Source of the DNA: Candidatus Thorarchaeota archaeon | GTDB lineage: Archaea > Asgardarchaeota > Thorarchaeia > Thorarchaeales > Thorarchaeaceae | Reading direction: 5' to 3' | Assembly: GCA_029858305.1 (NCBI GenBank) | Contig: JAOUFI010000024.1 | Coordinates: 1-30,258, forward strand | Length of the DNA stretch: 30,258 nt | Shown here: positions 1 to 11,600 of the stretch, one piece after another | Numbering within the stretch: the stretch's first letter is position 1 | How the letters are laid out: each line of letters starts with the position of its first letter | Notes under the pieces: model-generated | What the model was told of the DNA's origin: nothing | The model's input: the letters and a program-made list of their open reading frames with translations, nothing else | Databases searched by the model: none | Translations under genes and position numbers: made by a program

Positions 1-149
1 TGAACACTTCAAGCTACCTGCGCGAGGAGTAAGTCTATCTTACACAGACACATACAAAGTCTCAAAAGCAGCAGGCTACTGACTGTTAATTATAAGGTAT
101 AATGAAAGGATTATGAAATAGGTTCTTTCATTTAGAGGCTTGAATAGTA

Positions 150-890
150 ATGGCTTTTGTAGCTACTACCAACTCACACTTTCAGATTATCTTGAAAAAA
201 GGATTCAAGGTAAAACCAAATTCAACATTTATCTGCGGATTTCATGGTCTTGGTGAAGTGGGATTTCTGAGCACAGCTCACTTGACCCGAACTCTTGCGG
301 CTGAACGTGTTGGCTTCATAAAGAGTGATATGCTACCTCTCTTTGTTTCGATGGAGGACAGTAAACTAGTCCTGCCTTTTGAGCTCTATTCCTATGCGCC
401 CAAGAGAATGGTTTTCCTAGTTCCGCGTTTTCAACCACACCAATCTGAGCAGTGGGGCTTTATCGATAGACTAGCTAATTGGATTGCAGAGAACACCTTT
501 GATGAAACACTGCTTCTCGGAGGTTTGGATGCCAGTTTTAAGGAAGATGAACAGGAAATGCGAGCTGTTCCAACCTCAACGTATCAACCCAAGCTTAAGA
601 AGTGGTCCGTTCCCCTTCTGGAGGAAGGTCTCTTCGTGGCTGGTCCCCTTGCATTGCTATTAGCTGAGCTTGAGATGCTGGATATACCCGCAATAGGTCT
701 ACTTACATATGCAACAAGAGGGCGTCCCGATCCCCGATCTGCAGCAACTATGCTTGAGAAGATAAATGAGGTCTATGGCGTAGAAGCTAATGTTGAACAG
801 CTGCTTGAGGAGTCACGTGAAATCGAGCGACTCGAAAAGATGCGGAAATCTATAGAATCCTCTGACAGGCCTGGCGATATGTTCGTTTAA
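150..890 (+). CDS. PAC2-family proteasome assembly chaperone (PbaA/PbaB-like)
   Basis: 246 aa; N-terminal 'FICGFHGLGEVGFLSTAHL', 'LLLGGL' and 'PDPRSAA' motifs of the PAC2 family; C-terminal 'DMFV' resembles an HbYX-like tail. Confidence 0.85.
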   Translation: MAFVATTNSHFQIILKKGFKVKPNSTFICGFHGLGEVGFLSTAHLTRTLAAERVGFIKSDMLPLFVSMEDSKLVLPFELYSYAPKRMVFLVPRFQPHQSEQWGFIDRLANWIAENTFDETLLLGGLDASFKEDEQEMRAVPTSTYQPKLKKWSVPLLEEGLFVAGPLALLLAELEMLDIPAIGLLTYATRGRPDPRSAATMLEKINEVYGVEANVEQLLEESREIERLEKMRKSIESSDRPGDMFV

Positions 891-1432
891 CCGAGCCGTC
901 GAATGAACCAACCAATATCGACGAGGTTCTTGCCAACAAGACTATCTTGAGATAGACGATTAATTCGTTCCGCATCCGTGGACAAGGCAGCAATTCCTAA
1001 ACAGTCATTGTCTTCGTTCACAACAAGGACTCTCTGCCCTCTCTTCAATTCGGGGTCATACCATACTATAGATTCTTTGAGAATGCTCCGGCCATAGGTA
1101 AATGCCTCAGCGCCGCGTCTTGACACAATGAGTACTTTTGTTGTGAGTTTCAACATATCAGGAAGAATCTGAAGACTAAGTCTGAATCGATCTTTTGTCA
1201 TGACCCCTAATTGCTTTCCGACCAGATGAAAATCAAACCCAGCAGGCACTTCTTCTAGTACAACACTCATCCATGATAATGGGATAAGATAGATTGTTCT
1301 AATGTCTCGTTCGGTTATTGCTATTGGAGTTAAATCCCCCAACAGTTTCTTGCTGATTCCTTCACCAAACTCCGTTTCTATCGATTGTGAAATGTTCGCC
1401 CACTCGATAGTGTCGAGCAATTGAAGTTTCAT
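887..1432 (-). CDS. NIP7-like PUA-domain RNA-binding protein (ribosome biogenesis)
   Basis: 181 aa; 'AEAFTYGRSILKESI...RGQRVLVVNEDNDCLGIA...KNLVDIGWFIRR' matches the archaeal NIP7/PUA pattern; start overlaps the stop of the upstream m5C methyltransferase (TAATG). Confidence 0.8.
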   Translation of the reverse strand: MKLQLLDTIEWANISQSIETEFGEGISKKLLGDLTPIAITERDIRTIYLIPLSWMSVVLEEVPAGFDFHLVGKQLGVMTKDRFRLSLQILPDMLKLTTKVLIVSRRGAEAFTYGRSILKESIVWYDPELKRGQRVLVVNEDNDCLGIAALSTDAERINRLSQDSLVGKNLVDIGWFIRRLG

Positions 1433-2409
1433 TAGGCTGCCTCCTTTATCATCTTACAGATGAAAAAGCCCTCAGTACCATCTTGATGTGGTAGAAATCG
1501 TCGAGCCAGCCTCAAGGACTCATCTAGATGAACACCGAATGGTTCCGTGTATCCTGCTGAACCAAAGTCAAGAGGAATTGGTACAATCTTAATCTCAGGA
1601 TATTTCTTTAGTATACTATCTACAATGTATTCATTTTCCTCAGGAGCAATCGAACAGGTTGAGTAGACAATTGTGCCTTCGGGAGCTAGTGTAGAGATTG
1701 CAGCATCCAACATTTCATTTTCTCTTGTGGCACAGTAATGCACATCTGCCATCGTCTTACTAGTTTTTCTTGTCGGATCCAGTGGAATCAGTCCTTCTCC
1801 TGAACAAGGAGCATCTAGCAGAATTTTATCAGGTTGAATATTGAGTGCCTGTATCTTTTTTGCATCTCCCCTGTAAACAATAGCATTAGTGACGCCACAA
1901 CGTAGGATGTTGCTCTCAAGGCTATTCAACCGTTGGCGATCCTGCTCGATGGCAAGGACTCTTCCTGTATTGTGCATCTGCTGAGCAATGTGAGTGGTTT
2001 TTCCTCCTGGTGCCGCTGCCAAATCAAAGACTGTTTCATTTGGTTGGGGGTCTAATACTTGGACTGTGGTCATGGAGGGAACCCCTTGAACATAGTAGAA
2101 TCCAAGCATATGTTCTAGAAATGCGCCTGGTGTGGATGTTTCTGTGAAATCACCATAAAACCCTGAATCAAGCCAAGGAATTCGTTCAAGGATTATCTTC
2201 TTTCCCTTCATTCGTTTTATCACAACTTCTTGATCCGCTCTCAGAGTGTTCACTCGAATCGAGGTTCTCAATGGTTTTTCGCATGCTTCAAGGAATTGTA
2301 GAGTTTCTTTTTCCCCCCAAAGGACAAGATACCTCTCAATCATATACGGGAGGTATCCATGCTCCTTAGCTAGTATCTTTGCTTTCTCTCGCAATTCCTT
2401 TCTTGACAT
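1432..2409 (-). CDS. RsmB/NOP2/Sun-family RNA (cytosine-C5)-methyltransferase
   Basis: 325 aa; 'DLAAAPGGKT' SAM motif, 'DAPCSGEG' and 'YSTCS' catalytic cysteines, 'EGFFI' C-terminal motif; GAGG just upstream of the ATG. Confidence 0.95.
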   Translation of the reverse strand: MSRKELREKAKILAKEHGYLPYMIERYLVLWGEKETLQFLEACEKPLRTSIRVNTLRADQEVVIKRMKGKKIILERIPWLDSGFYGDFTETSTPGAFLEHMLGFYYVQGVPSMTTVQVLDPQPNETVFDLAAAPGGKTTHIAQQMHNTGRVLAIEQDRQRLNSLESNILRCGVTNAIVYRGDAKKIQALNIQPDKILLDAPCSGEGLIPLDPTRKTSKTMADVHYCATRENEMLDAAISTLAPEGTIVYSTCSIAPEENEYIVDSILKKYPEIKIVPIPLDFGSAGYTEPFGVHLDESLRLARRFLPHQDGTEGFFICKMIKEAA

Positions 2410-2431
2410 CCTCTTGGTCTCCTGAATTCAC

Positions 2432-2878
2432 TTATTCTCCAATATCTTCATTCCATAGGGATGGGTTATCCTTGATGAACTCCATCATCAATGAGATGCA
2501 GTCCTTTTCTTGAAGAATCACTACTTCTACGCCGCGACTCTTCACATACTCCTCCGGACCTTGGAAATTAATGTTCTCACCAATGACAACACGTGGAATT
2601 CCATAGAGCAATATTGCCCCACTACACATATCACAGGGGGAGAGAGTTGAGTAGAGGGTAGCTCTCTTATAGTCCTTGGACCCAAGTCGTCCAGCATTTT
2701 CGAGGCAGTCCATTTCTGCATGAAGAATCGAACTTCCCTCCTGAATCCGTTTGTTGTGGCCTCTTCCTCTTATTTTTCCATCAATCACTAAGACTGAACC
2801 GATAGGAATCCCACCTTCCTCAAGCCCCTTTCGAGCCTCATTGATAGCCTCCACAATGAATCTGGTATCATTTTCCAT
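2432..2878 (-). CDS. Zinc-dependent cytosine/nucleoside deaminase (FCY1-like)
   Basis: 'HAEMDCLENAG' and 'SPCDMC' Zn motifs, 'WNEDIGE' end; start moved to ATG 2878 (MENDTRF), which follows GAGGTG and avoids overlap with thrC. Confidence 0.9.
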   Translation of the reverse strand: MENDTRFIVEAINEARKGLEEGGIPIGSVLVIDGKIRGRGHNKRIQEGSSILHAEMDCLENAGRLGSKDYKRATLYSTLSPCDMCSGAILLYGIPRVVIGENINFQGPEEYVKSRGVEVVILQEKDCISLMMEFIKDNPSLWNEDIGE

Positions 2879-2891
2879 CCTTTCCACCTCA

Positions 2892-4145
2892 TTATTGGTA
2901 GTTGGCAAGAGCAATCTTCAGTTCTGAGGTTTCTGGCGAGATTACTGGTACCTTTGGTGTTAATCGATCTGGTGTGGCTAAATCTTTGAATCCGGAACCA
3001 GTTATTGGTACGATGATTCGGTCTGACCGGTCAATGACTCCTTGAGTTACAAGCTCTTTTAGCCCAGCTAATGCAGCTACTCCACTTGGTTCAGCAAAAA
3101 TCCCCTCATATTTTCCAAGTTCAACTAAGGATTTTTCAATTGCGTCATCTGAAACCGCTATGGCCTCGCCATGTGCAATTTTTAGATACTTCAAGGCTGC
3201 ATCACCGTCCCATGGGAACGGATCTGCAAGACCACCTGCTACAGTTTCATTTGAGCTCCAAGGAATGATGTTCAATGGGTTTTGTTTGTTTTTAAACGCG
3301 CGAACAATAGGCGAGCATCCCTCTGGTTGTACAACAACTGGTTTTGGGAGATTATCAATGAGTCCCATCTGTTGGAACTCCCAAAGACCCTTCATTGTGC
3401 CGGCCATCAGACCTCCACTTCCTGTTGGAAACAGAATCCAGTCTGGCAAGTCCCAATTAGTCTGTTCTGCTATCTCATAACCTAACGTCTTAGTTCCTTC
3501 GAATTGGAAACCATTGAATGGTCCAAATGAGGGCGTTGCAGTCCAACCAAATTCAGCGCAGGCCGCCCGAAGAAGGGTAGTAGTGGGGTCTACACCTTGA
3601 CGTATTTTACTAACTCGGAAAACTTTGGCTCCGAGTGCTCGAAGGTGGATTAATTTTGCAGCTGGAGCATCTTCTGGTACAAACACCACTGCCTGTAATC
3701 CGGCTCTTGCTGCATAGGTAGACATAGCAGCTGCAGCATTTCCTGAAGATGCTGCAGACACTGTTTCCGCTCCATCCTCGAGAGCTTTACTCACTCCGAT
3801 ACAAATCGGTCTATCCTTGAATGAGCCTGACGGATTGAAAATTTCATTTTTTAGATGAAGCTCACTCAGTTTCCATGTGTCTGCAAGTCTTTTACTTAGC
3901 AAGAGTGGAGTGTTTCCTTCTCCTAGAGTGACAATATTTAGACGATTAAGTATCGGCATTAGCTCAAAATATTTCCACAATCCAGGTTTCTTTTTCATCA
4001 ATGAGTTTCTAGTGATTGTTTCCTTCAGTGTTTCAAGGTCAAACTCGAAATCAATACGCCCTCCACAACCATCATTTGGAGGAACATTACTCACATCATA
4101 TTCTTTTCCGCACTTTGCACATTTAATCCTGCTAATCCTTGACAC
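2892..4145 (-). CDS. thrC: Threonine synthase (PLP-dependent, fold type II)
   Basis: 'TLGEGNTPL', PLP-lysine motif 'NPSGSFKDR', 'ASSGNAA', 'PTGSGG', 'EGIFAEP', 'ITGSGFKD'; start probably GTG 4145 after GGTGG (ATG 4205 is an alternative; the ORF-track start 4328 overlaps cyaB). Confidence 0.88.
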   Translation of the reverse strand: MSRISRIKCAKCGKEYDVSNVPPNDGCGGRIDFEFDLETLKETITRNSLMKKKPGLWKYFELMPILNRLNIVTLGEGNTPLLLSKRLADTWKLSELHLKNEIFNPSGSFKDRPICIGVSKALEDGAETVSAASSGNAAAAMSTYAARAGLQAVVFVPEDAPAAKLIHLRALGAKVFRVSKIRQGVDPTTTLLRAACAEFGWTATPSFGPFNGFQFEGTKTLGYEIAEQTNWDLPDWILFPTGSGGLMAGTMKGLWEFQQMGLIDNLPKPVVVQPEGCSPIVRAFKNKQNPLNIIPWSSNETVAGGLADPFPWDGDAALKYLKIAHGEAIAVSDDAIEKSLVELGKYEGIFAEPSGVAALAGLKELVTQGVIDRSDRIIVPITGSGFKDLATPDRLTPKVPVISPETSELKIALANYQ

Positions 4146-4253
4146 GTTTCCACCAGCCTGTTCTTCAGGTCGATGTCCTGTTATTTGGATTTTGGATTGT
4201 CTCATGGAAACATCTAACAATGTGAAACGTAACATCACAAACGAGGAATAGTC

Positions 4254-4838
4254 TTGGCAGGGTCCTATGAGGTCGAAGTTAAGGTTCCAATCAATGATGA
4301 GAAAGCCATCGAGCACGCCATACTTCAAGCTGGAGGCAAGCGGTTAAACACTGAGATTCAATCTGATTTGTACTACGACCATCCTTGTCGTTCGTTCTCT
4401 CAAACTGATGAATCCGTCAGAATACGAATTCGAAAACCAGTTGAAGATTATCCATTGCCCGCCTCTGAGTACGCTCCAATAGAACTCACCTACAAAGGAC
4501 CGAAAGTTGACAGGACAACCAAAACACGTTTGGAGTATACATCAGGTATTAGTGATTTTGATGCCATCTCTTCAATTCTTCAGCATACAGGATTCAAGCT
4601 TGTGGCAACGATTAAGAAACATCGCGTTTTCTATAATTTTGAGGGAATTACAGTGAGTATAGACAACGTGGAGGGCGTAGGGAGATTCATTGAACTTGAG
4701 CTTGCCGCAGATAATGAAGAGGAAATGCAATATGCAAAGGATCGTATTCTCTCAGTTGTGAAACACCTTGGTCTTGACTCCAAAAGAATGGTGAGAGAAT
4801 CTTATCTAGAGCTCTATCTAGCTCATGGGACTACATAG
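4254..4838 (+). CDS. cyaB: Class IV adenylate cyclase / CYTH-domain protein
   Basis: N-terminal ExExK motif 'EVEVK', 'DLYYDHP', 'LTYKGPK', 'IKKHR', 'FIELE', 'SYLEL'; TTG start with GAGG upstream. Confidence 0.9.
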   Translation: MAGSYEVEVKVPINDEKAIEHAILQAGGKRLNTEIQSDLYYDHPCRSFSQTDESVRIRIRKPVEDYPLPASEYAPIELTYKGPKVDRTTKTRLEYTSGISDFDAISSILQHTGFKLVATIKKHRVFYNFEGITVSIDNVEGVGRFIELELAADNEEEMQYAKDRILSVVKHLGLDSKRMVRESYLELYLAHGTT

Positions 4839-5421
4839 TACTACCTCTGCTCTCCTCTCTCAGTTGGTCCACAAAGATAGAAAGCACCTCATGGCGTTTT
4901 GCGGCTAGCTCCTTGGCTCGCACTGTATACATCCTCTCCTTTAATCTCAGCAGTTTCTCATCTGCGTGGTTCAGAAATCCCTGGATTCCTCTCCCGGATG
5001 CTGCTGCTTGAACAATAGCTCGATAGATACCAATTGCCCCTATTGCATCAATCTTGTCTGCATCACTTAATATCTTCCCCTCAATCGAGTGTGGTTCGAT
5101 GTCCTCGCTGTATCTGTGTGTTCTAATTGCATCCACAACTTGTTCAATCTCTTCCGTTGTATATTCGAAATCTCTGAGACATTCTTTGCTCATGTCTCCT
5201 GATAGAATCGAATGCGAAATGTTAGACTCCTCCTCTCTTGGTCTGCCTATATCATGGAGAAGTGCTGCAGCCTCCAGAACTCTCATGTTGACTGGTAATC
5301 CCTCACTGAGCTGTATGGATAGTGAATGGACTCTCATTGTGTGATCTAATGTATGGGCACCAAGATTTGATTTCGAGAGCTCTTTCTTGACAAAATTAGT
5401 GATTCTTCTTTTTGTGGACAT
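4831..5421 (-). CDS. HD-domain metal-dependent phosphohydrolase
   Basis: 'HTLDHTMRV', 'AALLHDIGR', 'HRYS', 'DADKIDAIGAIG'; GGTGAG upstream of the ATG. Confidence 0.9.
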   Translation of the reverse strand: MSTKRRITNFVKKELSKSNLGAHTLDHTMRVHSLSIQLSEGLPVNMRVLEAAALLHDIGRPREEESNISHSILSGDMSKECLRDFEYTTEEIEQVVDAIRTHRYSEDIEPHSIEGKILSDADKIDAIGAIGIYRAIVQAAASGRGIQGFLNHADEKLLRLKERMYTVRAKELAAKRHEVLSIFVDQLREESRGSTM

Positions 5422-5628
5422 TAGATAGGCTCACCTTTGCATGATGTTTTCGTATCACATGACATCTGTCAGTGTCTTTTGTTCCCTCCGGTCCTTTCGA
5501 TAAACAGAATTGGGAGCATCCAAGATATCCTTTAATTACTAAAACGAAAGGATTCAGGGTGACAAGACACGCCCTTTATGTCAAAGTCACCACCAACCCC
5601 CTTTCGGGGTAACGAGAGGATCCATTAA

Positions 5629-8600
5629 TTGAGTGCTGTAACACCGACCCGAAAAAGGATGGGCCTAGTCACTATAGTTGGCTCAATCTTTATAGTCGCT
5701 AGCATTGTCTGGGGTCTGTACAGCTTTGCTCTGATACAGTACGGGGCAGTTAGACCGTATGAACCTCACTACGAGTATGATCAGATCAACTATTGGCCTT
5801 ATACTAATAATTTCACTGGTGGTAGAACCAACTGGTTTGATAATGTGAACTACACTGACTTTCAGGTAGACCAACCCCTTCCTGAGGATATCCTTGACCA
5901 GCTTGATGATGTTGTCTTTGTTGTCGTTCCAAAGAATCCCGGACAACTATGGAGACAAGAGTCGTACGATTTCTATAACGGTGCAAGTTGGTCCAAAACT
6001 ATCACTGATTCAATAAGGCTTCTCGGACCAGAAGAGCTAATTCAGCCTTCCGAGGCGACAAATCCCATCTACACGATTTTCTTCTCTGCACAGGCAGGTG
6101 GACAAGTGGGATCAATCGAATTGCCCTCCCTGTTCCCTCATATTCGCGTGATTGATGGATCATTCAAGACATATAGAATAGTGGATGGAACTCCTGAAGT
6201 AGATGATCCGTCAAGATTCATGTACTTAGAGCTAGCTACAGACGACTATGGAACTCTACTTCTGAATCCCCTCATTCAGGGAACAACAGGAGAGCAGGTC
6301 CCTGTCAGTTTCGATATTACATTTGTGAATCAAGACATCGCTAATGTCATAGCGAATGCGCAGCAAGGCAGTGCGGCTCCTGGTTGGACATCAATATATA
6401 GACAACTTCCATCTCTTACACAGCGAGTAATAGATAATATCACCCAATTCACATCAGTCGGAAATAATGCCTATGAAAAAGCAATGGCAGTTAAGACATA
6501 TTTCCAGAGCACATTTGAGCTCAACATAACTCGTGAGGCACTCACTGATTATCCACAAGGTCAAGAGGTAACAGATTGGTTCCTAGAACGCGGAAACGGT
6601 CTTCCTCAGCACTTTGCGACCTCCTATGCTGTCTTCATGCGATATCTTGGTATACCAGCACGTATTGTGAGTGGCTATGCACTAGGCGAAGAAGACTTGG
6701 TGCAAGATTTTCGGACTGTGATGGTCCGCCATATGACCTTCTGGGTCGAAGTCTTCATCCCAATGTCGGGCTCCATAGATGGTGGTGAGTGGATTCAAGT
6801 CATACCTACTCCACTTCCTCCAGGATTCGGAGGCGGTGAGGACCCAATCAACACGCCTGTGCCTGATATTCAACTTCTAGTCTGGCCAAGTAATGGACTC
6901 CCATATGCTGAGATTGGTACACCTTTCGGACTCAGTGCGTCCATCACGGTCGATGGTATTCCTATCACAACTCCAGACACAATCAGTTTCCGAGACGATA
7001 CCGATTCTCAATTCATTGGGATTGCTACGATTGGACAACCACCTGACCTACCTATAGCCAATGTTACCTATGTATTCCCATTTGGTGCAACTGTGAGCTA
7101 TCACATACTATCAGCAACTTGGGTCAATTCGTACTTCTCCGTAGCGAACGTAACTGCTGTCTTTGCAGTTGGAACACCTCTACCTATGTCCAGAGAATAT
7201 GGGCAGGTGGAAGGCTTCGTCATCAGTGAAACTCAAGAATTGAATGTGAGTCAAGGCGTTGACACGCATGTTGCATACTGGGAGGACACAGTACATGTTT
7301 ATGGTACTATGACAGTCAACGGAGTCCCAGTGAATAGTTCTCTCTACGATAACAAGTTCATTCAGATTATGTGGGACAATACTGTTGTTGGAGATGCATT
7401 CATTGATGAGTATGGCTATTACGAACTCAATGTCTATGTAGACCCAATGGACCATACCTTGATGAAAGTTGGGACACACAAGGTCTGGTCATGGTATGCA
7501 GGTGATTGGGACGGTCCTATACCGCGCCTTCGAGAGGCTCGATCTCTTGACAATTCAACTATAACAGTCTGGGGTCGAATTGAATTTGATTTCAGTGTGA
7601 ATCCAACAACCACTTTTGCAGGTGGAACCATTATTTATGATGGAGCGATCCGTTTTCTGAATGGGACCAATCTCCCAGCAGGCCAGAGTATTGGTGTCTT
7701 TTTTGACACACACGCGGATACAACTTTACTCAATACAACAGGTGGTTTTCAGTGGAGCTATATGATACCATTGGCTCAGCCTGATGGAACCTATTTTGCT
7801 CGAGCAAATTGGACAAATCCACTGAACTGGCAATACATCTCAGGAAACTGGAGCATCTCAATCCCTGTCGATGTGGGTGCAGGTGGAACTGATCTTTGGG
7901 TGAATCCTCTTCCTGACCCATTATTCATCGGTCAAGAGGTGACCATATGGGGCTATCTGACTCACGTTGTCAATGCCTCTGGCATTGGGGGACAGCTAAT
8001 TGACATCTGGTGGTCTACTGGAGTTCCTATCAATTTGGGTCCAGTTCTCACTGCCGCAGATGGCTATTTTGAGGTGAACTATACAATCCCAGCAGGATAT
8101 GAAGGTCCTGTGGAGTACTGGGCTTTCTTCAATTCCACAGAGCTGGCTCTTGCAGACTCAGAGCTGCTTCCCCATCTCTTCTCCAACATAAAACGGTATG
8201 ATGTTTCTATATCCATTCTAGCTAGTCCTGACCCCGTACGTCTGCTTCAAACTGTCCGAATTCAGGGAGTGGTAACATTACCTGAGAACGCAAGCTCTCC
8301 GCTTGCTTTCGTACAGATCGATATCTGGTGGGGTAATTCAACAGGTGATTATCTACTTGGTACAATATTGACAAACTCTTCAGGAGGTTATGTCTTCTAC
8401 TACCAAATCCCAATAGGGCATAGCATTGAGATCGTGTCAGTCTGGGCGAATTACACTTCACTATTCCCAAACATAGCAGATGGCGAATCTCTGCACGAAC
8501 CGCTCTCGATTGAAACCACAACCACACTGATCACTGTGAATGAAGACTTCAATACCTATCACCTAAATGAAACGGCACTGCTCTATGGTACTCTTCAATT

Positions 8601-11600
8601 CTCTAACGGTACCCCTATCTCATTTGAAAAGGTATACATCCATTGGGTCAACGCGTCCGGAACGTGGGTGTTTGAAAAGTTCACAGACATCAATGGTGAC
8701 TATCAGTTCCAATATAATTTCTCGATTAGCATGTCAGTGGGAATAATCAATGTATACGTCAATTGGACATCATGGACGCCACTCTATGCTGATGCTTTTG
8801 ATACCTTAGTACCAAGTATACAGGTTGTGAAGTACGATCTTGAAATAACTGTTACAGCTCCTCTCCAAATTTATCTTGATGAGAATCTCTACTTTGATGG
8901 TGTCTTATCCTATGCAGGCGGCTACCCACCCCTGATAGGTGAGCTCATTGAATTATCCTATTGGAATGGGGGCTGGCAGTTCCTAGGCTACCTTCCGACC
9001 AATTCGACTGGTGGCTTTAATGCTACACTGTCCTTTCCTACGCCTGTAGAATATACCTACCAGTTTCGCCTCCTCTATATAGCTACAGATCCACTAAACA
9101 ATGACATTACTGCATATTTCAATGTCGACACTGTAAAGTACACTATCGCTCTTGATATCACTGCATTGCCAAATCCTGTCATGCAAAATGAAACCATCAC
9201 AATACATGCGTACCTCTATTTTCAGCATAATGGGACACCATTGGCAAATGCTGTAGTGAGCATCTATTGGAATAATGGAACGCTCTTCTTCCTCGGTAAT
9301 GTCACCACTGATGGAACTGGACAGGCTGACCTCTATTACTCGGGTATGGACTATGACACAGTTCGAAGCAACATCGAAGTCTATGGGTTTTATGCAGGTA
9401 CTGTCTATCGGGCCGAGATAGAATCCATACATGTACTAGTCACACTAAGTCAATGGTCAACAGAGGTCTATAATGTCGATACTGACCTGCCATCATATCG
9501 ACTGACAGAAACAGTGATGGTGACCGGCAACTTACGGTATGTTTCCCTATCCATGCCCTATGCAGGAGTAACAGTTGAGTTGCTCCTATCTGGCGACCTT
9601 CTTGATAGTGCAGTGACTCTATCCGATGGTTCGTTCACCCTATACTGGACAATACCTCAAGATAAAATCCCTGGACCCTATAACCTCGTTGTTAGGTTTC
9701 AATCACTCTATCCTTGGATTGCTGATTCTCAAGCGGCTGTCCCGCAGTTTGATATCTTTGCACCTGGATACATATGGGTTTCTTTCACTGTGACTCCAGC
9801 CTTCCCAACAGAGGTGTACATTCTCAACAACCTCCTTATCTCTGGCACAGTGACTTGGGATAACGGTAGTTTCTACTCCAACTCTGTAGTATCACTCTTC
9901 TGGGGCGACCCTCTTGCCCCTCTTGGCACTTGGCCCTTCATGAAGAATGTAACAACAGACGGCTTTGGAGCATTCACGACAAGTTTTCAAGTTCCTGCTG
10001 ATACTTCAATCGGCATTCGTCAAGTCTGGGCATACATCTACCCAGCTGGTTATGCTACTTCCGGCATGTCTACTCCACAGACAGTCATTGTGGCAAGATA
10101 CACAGTCATTATTACTGCCTCAGTGGATGTAGCAGTCGTACATCTAGGAGAGCAAATCACGTTTTATGGAACTGCGCAGTTTTCAAACAGCACGCCTCTG
10201 GATGGATATGAAATTGAGATATGGTGGGACGGTGATTTACTCAATACAGCAACAATCTCTGCCGGAACGTATAGCTACATTCATTCAGTGCTTTACTCAG
10301 ACTCACTTGGAATCAAATCGGGGAGTGCTCAGTTCAACGCTCCGACTGCTGCTTTTGTGGACATCACTCAGAACTTCGCTGACATAACTGTTCGAGAGTA
10401 CGTCAATCTCTATCTTGATGCTCAACCGATAGATGATGAGTTCACAAGAGGAGATACCATCACTGTCACAGGCTATGTGATTAATGATGGCGATGATCCA
10501 GCAGATGGTGTGACCATTGAGGTACTTGCCAATGGTATACCAACTGGTTCTGGTACTACGGGGGCAGGTGGCACTTTTTCAATTAACATTCCTATTCCTT
10601 ACGACCACCCCACCGGAATATACACCCTAACCATTGATTCGATTGGGCCATATCACGATGTTGTGTCCTCACCCTCTTCATGGACAGTTTCTATTTTCAG
10701 AAACTCGGTCGTAGATGTCATGGTTACTGGTGGAGCATTCATGCCTGGAGAAAACTTGGAAATCACAATTCAGCTTCAAGATGATGATGGCGTTTCAATC
10801 AATAATGTCTTAATACACCTCTTCCTTGGCACTACAGAGATTGCAGCTCCGTCTCTAATCAATGGGGATGGTCAGACATTCCCCATAGTCATACCCACAT
10901 CCTGGACAGATGGTAGTGGAATATTCGTAGTCCGCGCTGAATACGACGGCGGGTCATTCACAAACGGTCACAGTAGTAATGCCGCAGATTCCATCCATCT
11001 TTTCACCAATGTATCTTTCAATCTCCGTTCTGCTTCACGAATTGATCCTGGTCAGCCCTTTGTCATCGAATTTGAACTTCTCGATCCTGAGGGATACGCT
11101 ATAGAGAACAGATCCGTCGACCTCAATTTAAACGGAAGTCAAATAATCAATCGGAATACAGGATTGGATGGTAGAATCTCATATAGATCGTCTGCATTAG
11201 CAGATGGTACTATACTTTACATCATACTAACACTAACATCAGTAGATGCGCCTGATATAGTGTCAGTCCAATTTACAATTAGAATTCAAACTCAAGGTGG
11301 TAATATTTTGCAGGGAAATGACTTAATCATCGCAGGAATTTTACTAATAGGTGCAGTCATTGCTGTCATAGCATATCTGTACATTGTGAAAGGTATGTTC
11401 CGTTCAACAGTCATATCAAGAGGCGTTGATATCCCAACGAAGCTACGAAATATCAAAAAGCTTGCAGATGCTGGAAAATATGGTGCGTCCATTACCTTGG
11501 CGTATCGTACGTTTGAGCAGATGTGTGGCACAAAGATGGGCTCTGAGCGAACTCATTCAGAGACCGCTCGTGATTACTTGGATCGTGTACTCCACGCAAT

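Noticed and set aside
2-82. Open frame EHFKLPARGVSLSYTDTYKVSKAAGY* at the window edge
   Set aside because: May be the 3' end of an upstream gene but is too short to support a call
4146-4328. N-terminal extension of threonine synthase in the ORF track
   Set aside because: Overlaps the divergent cyaB start and promoter; homology begins at the CxxC near 4115
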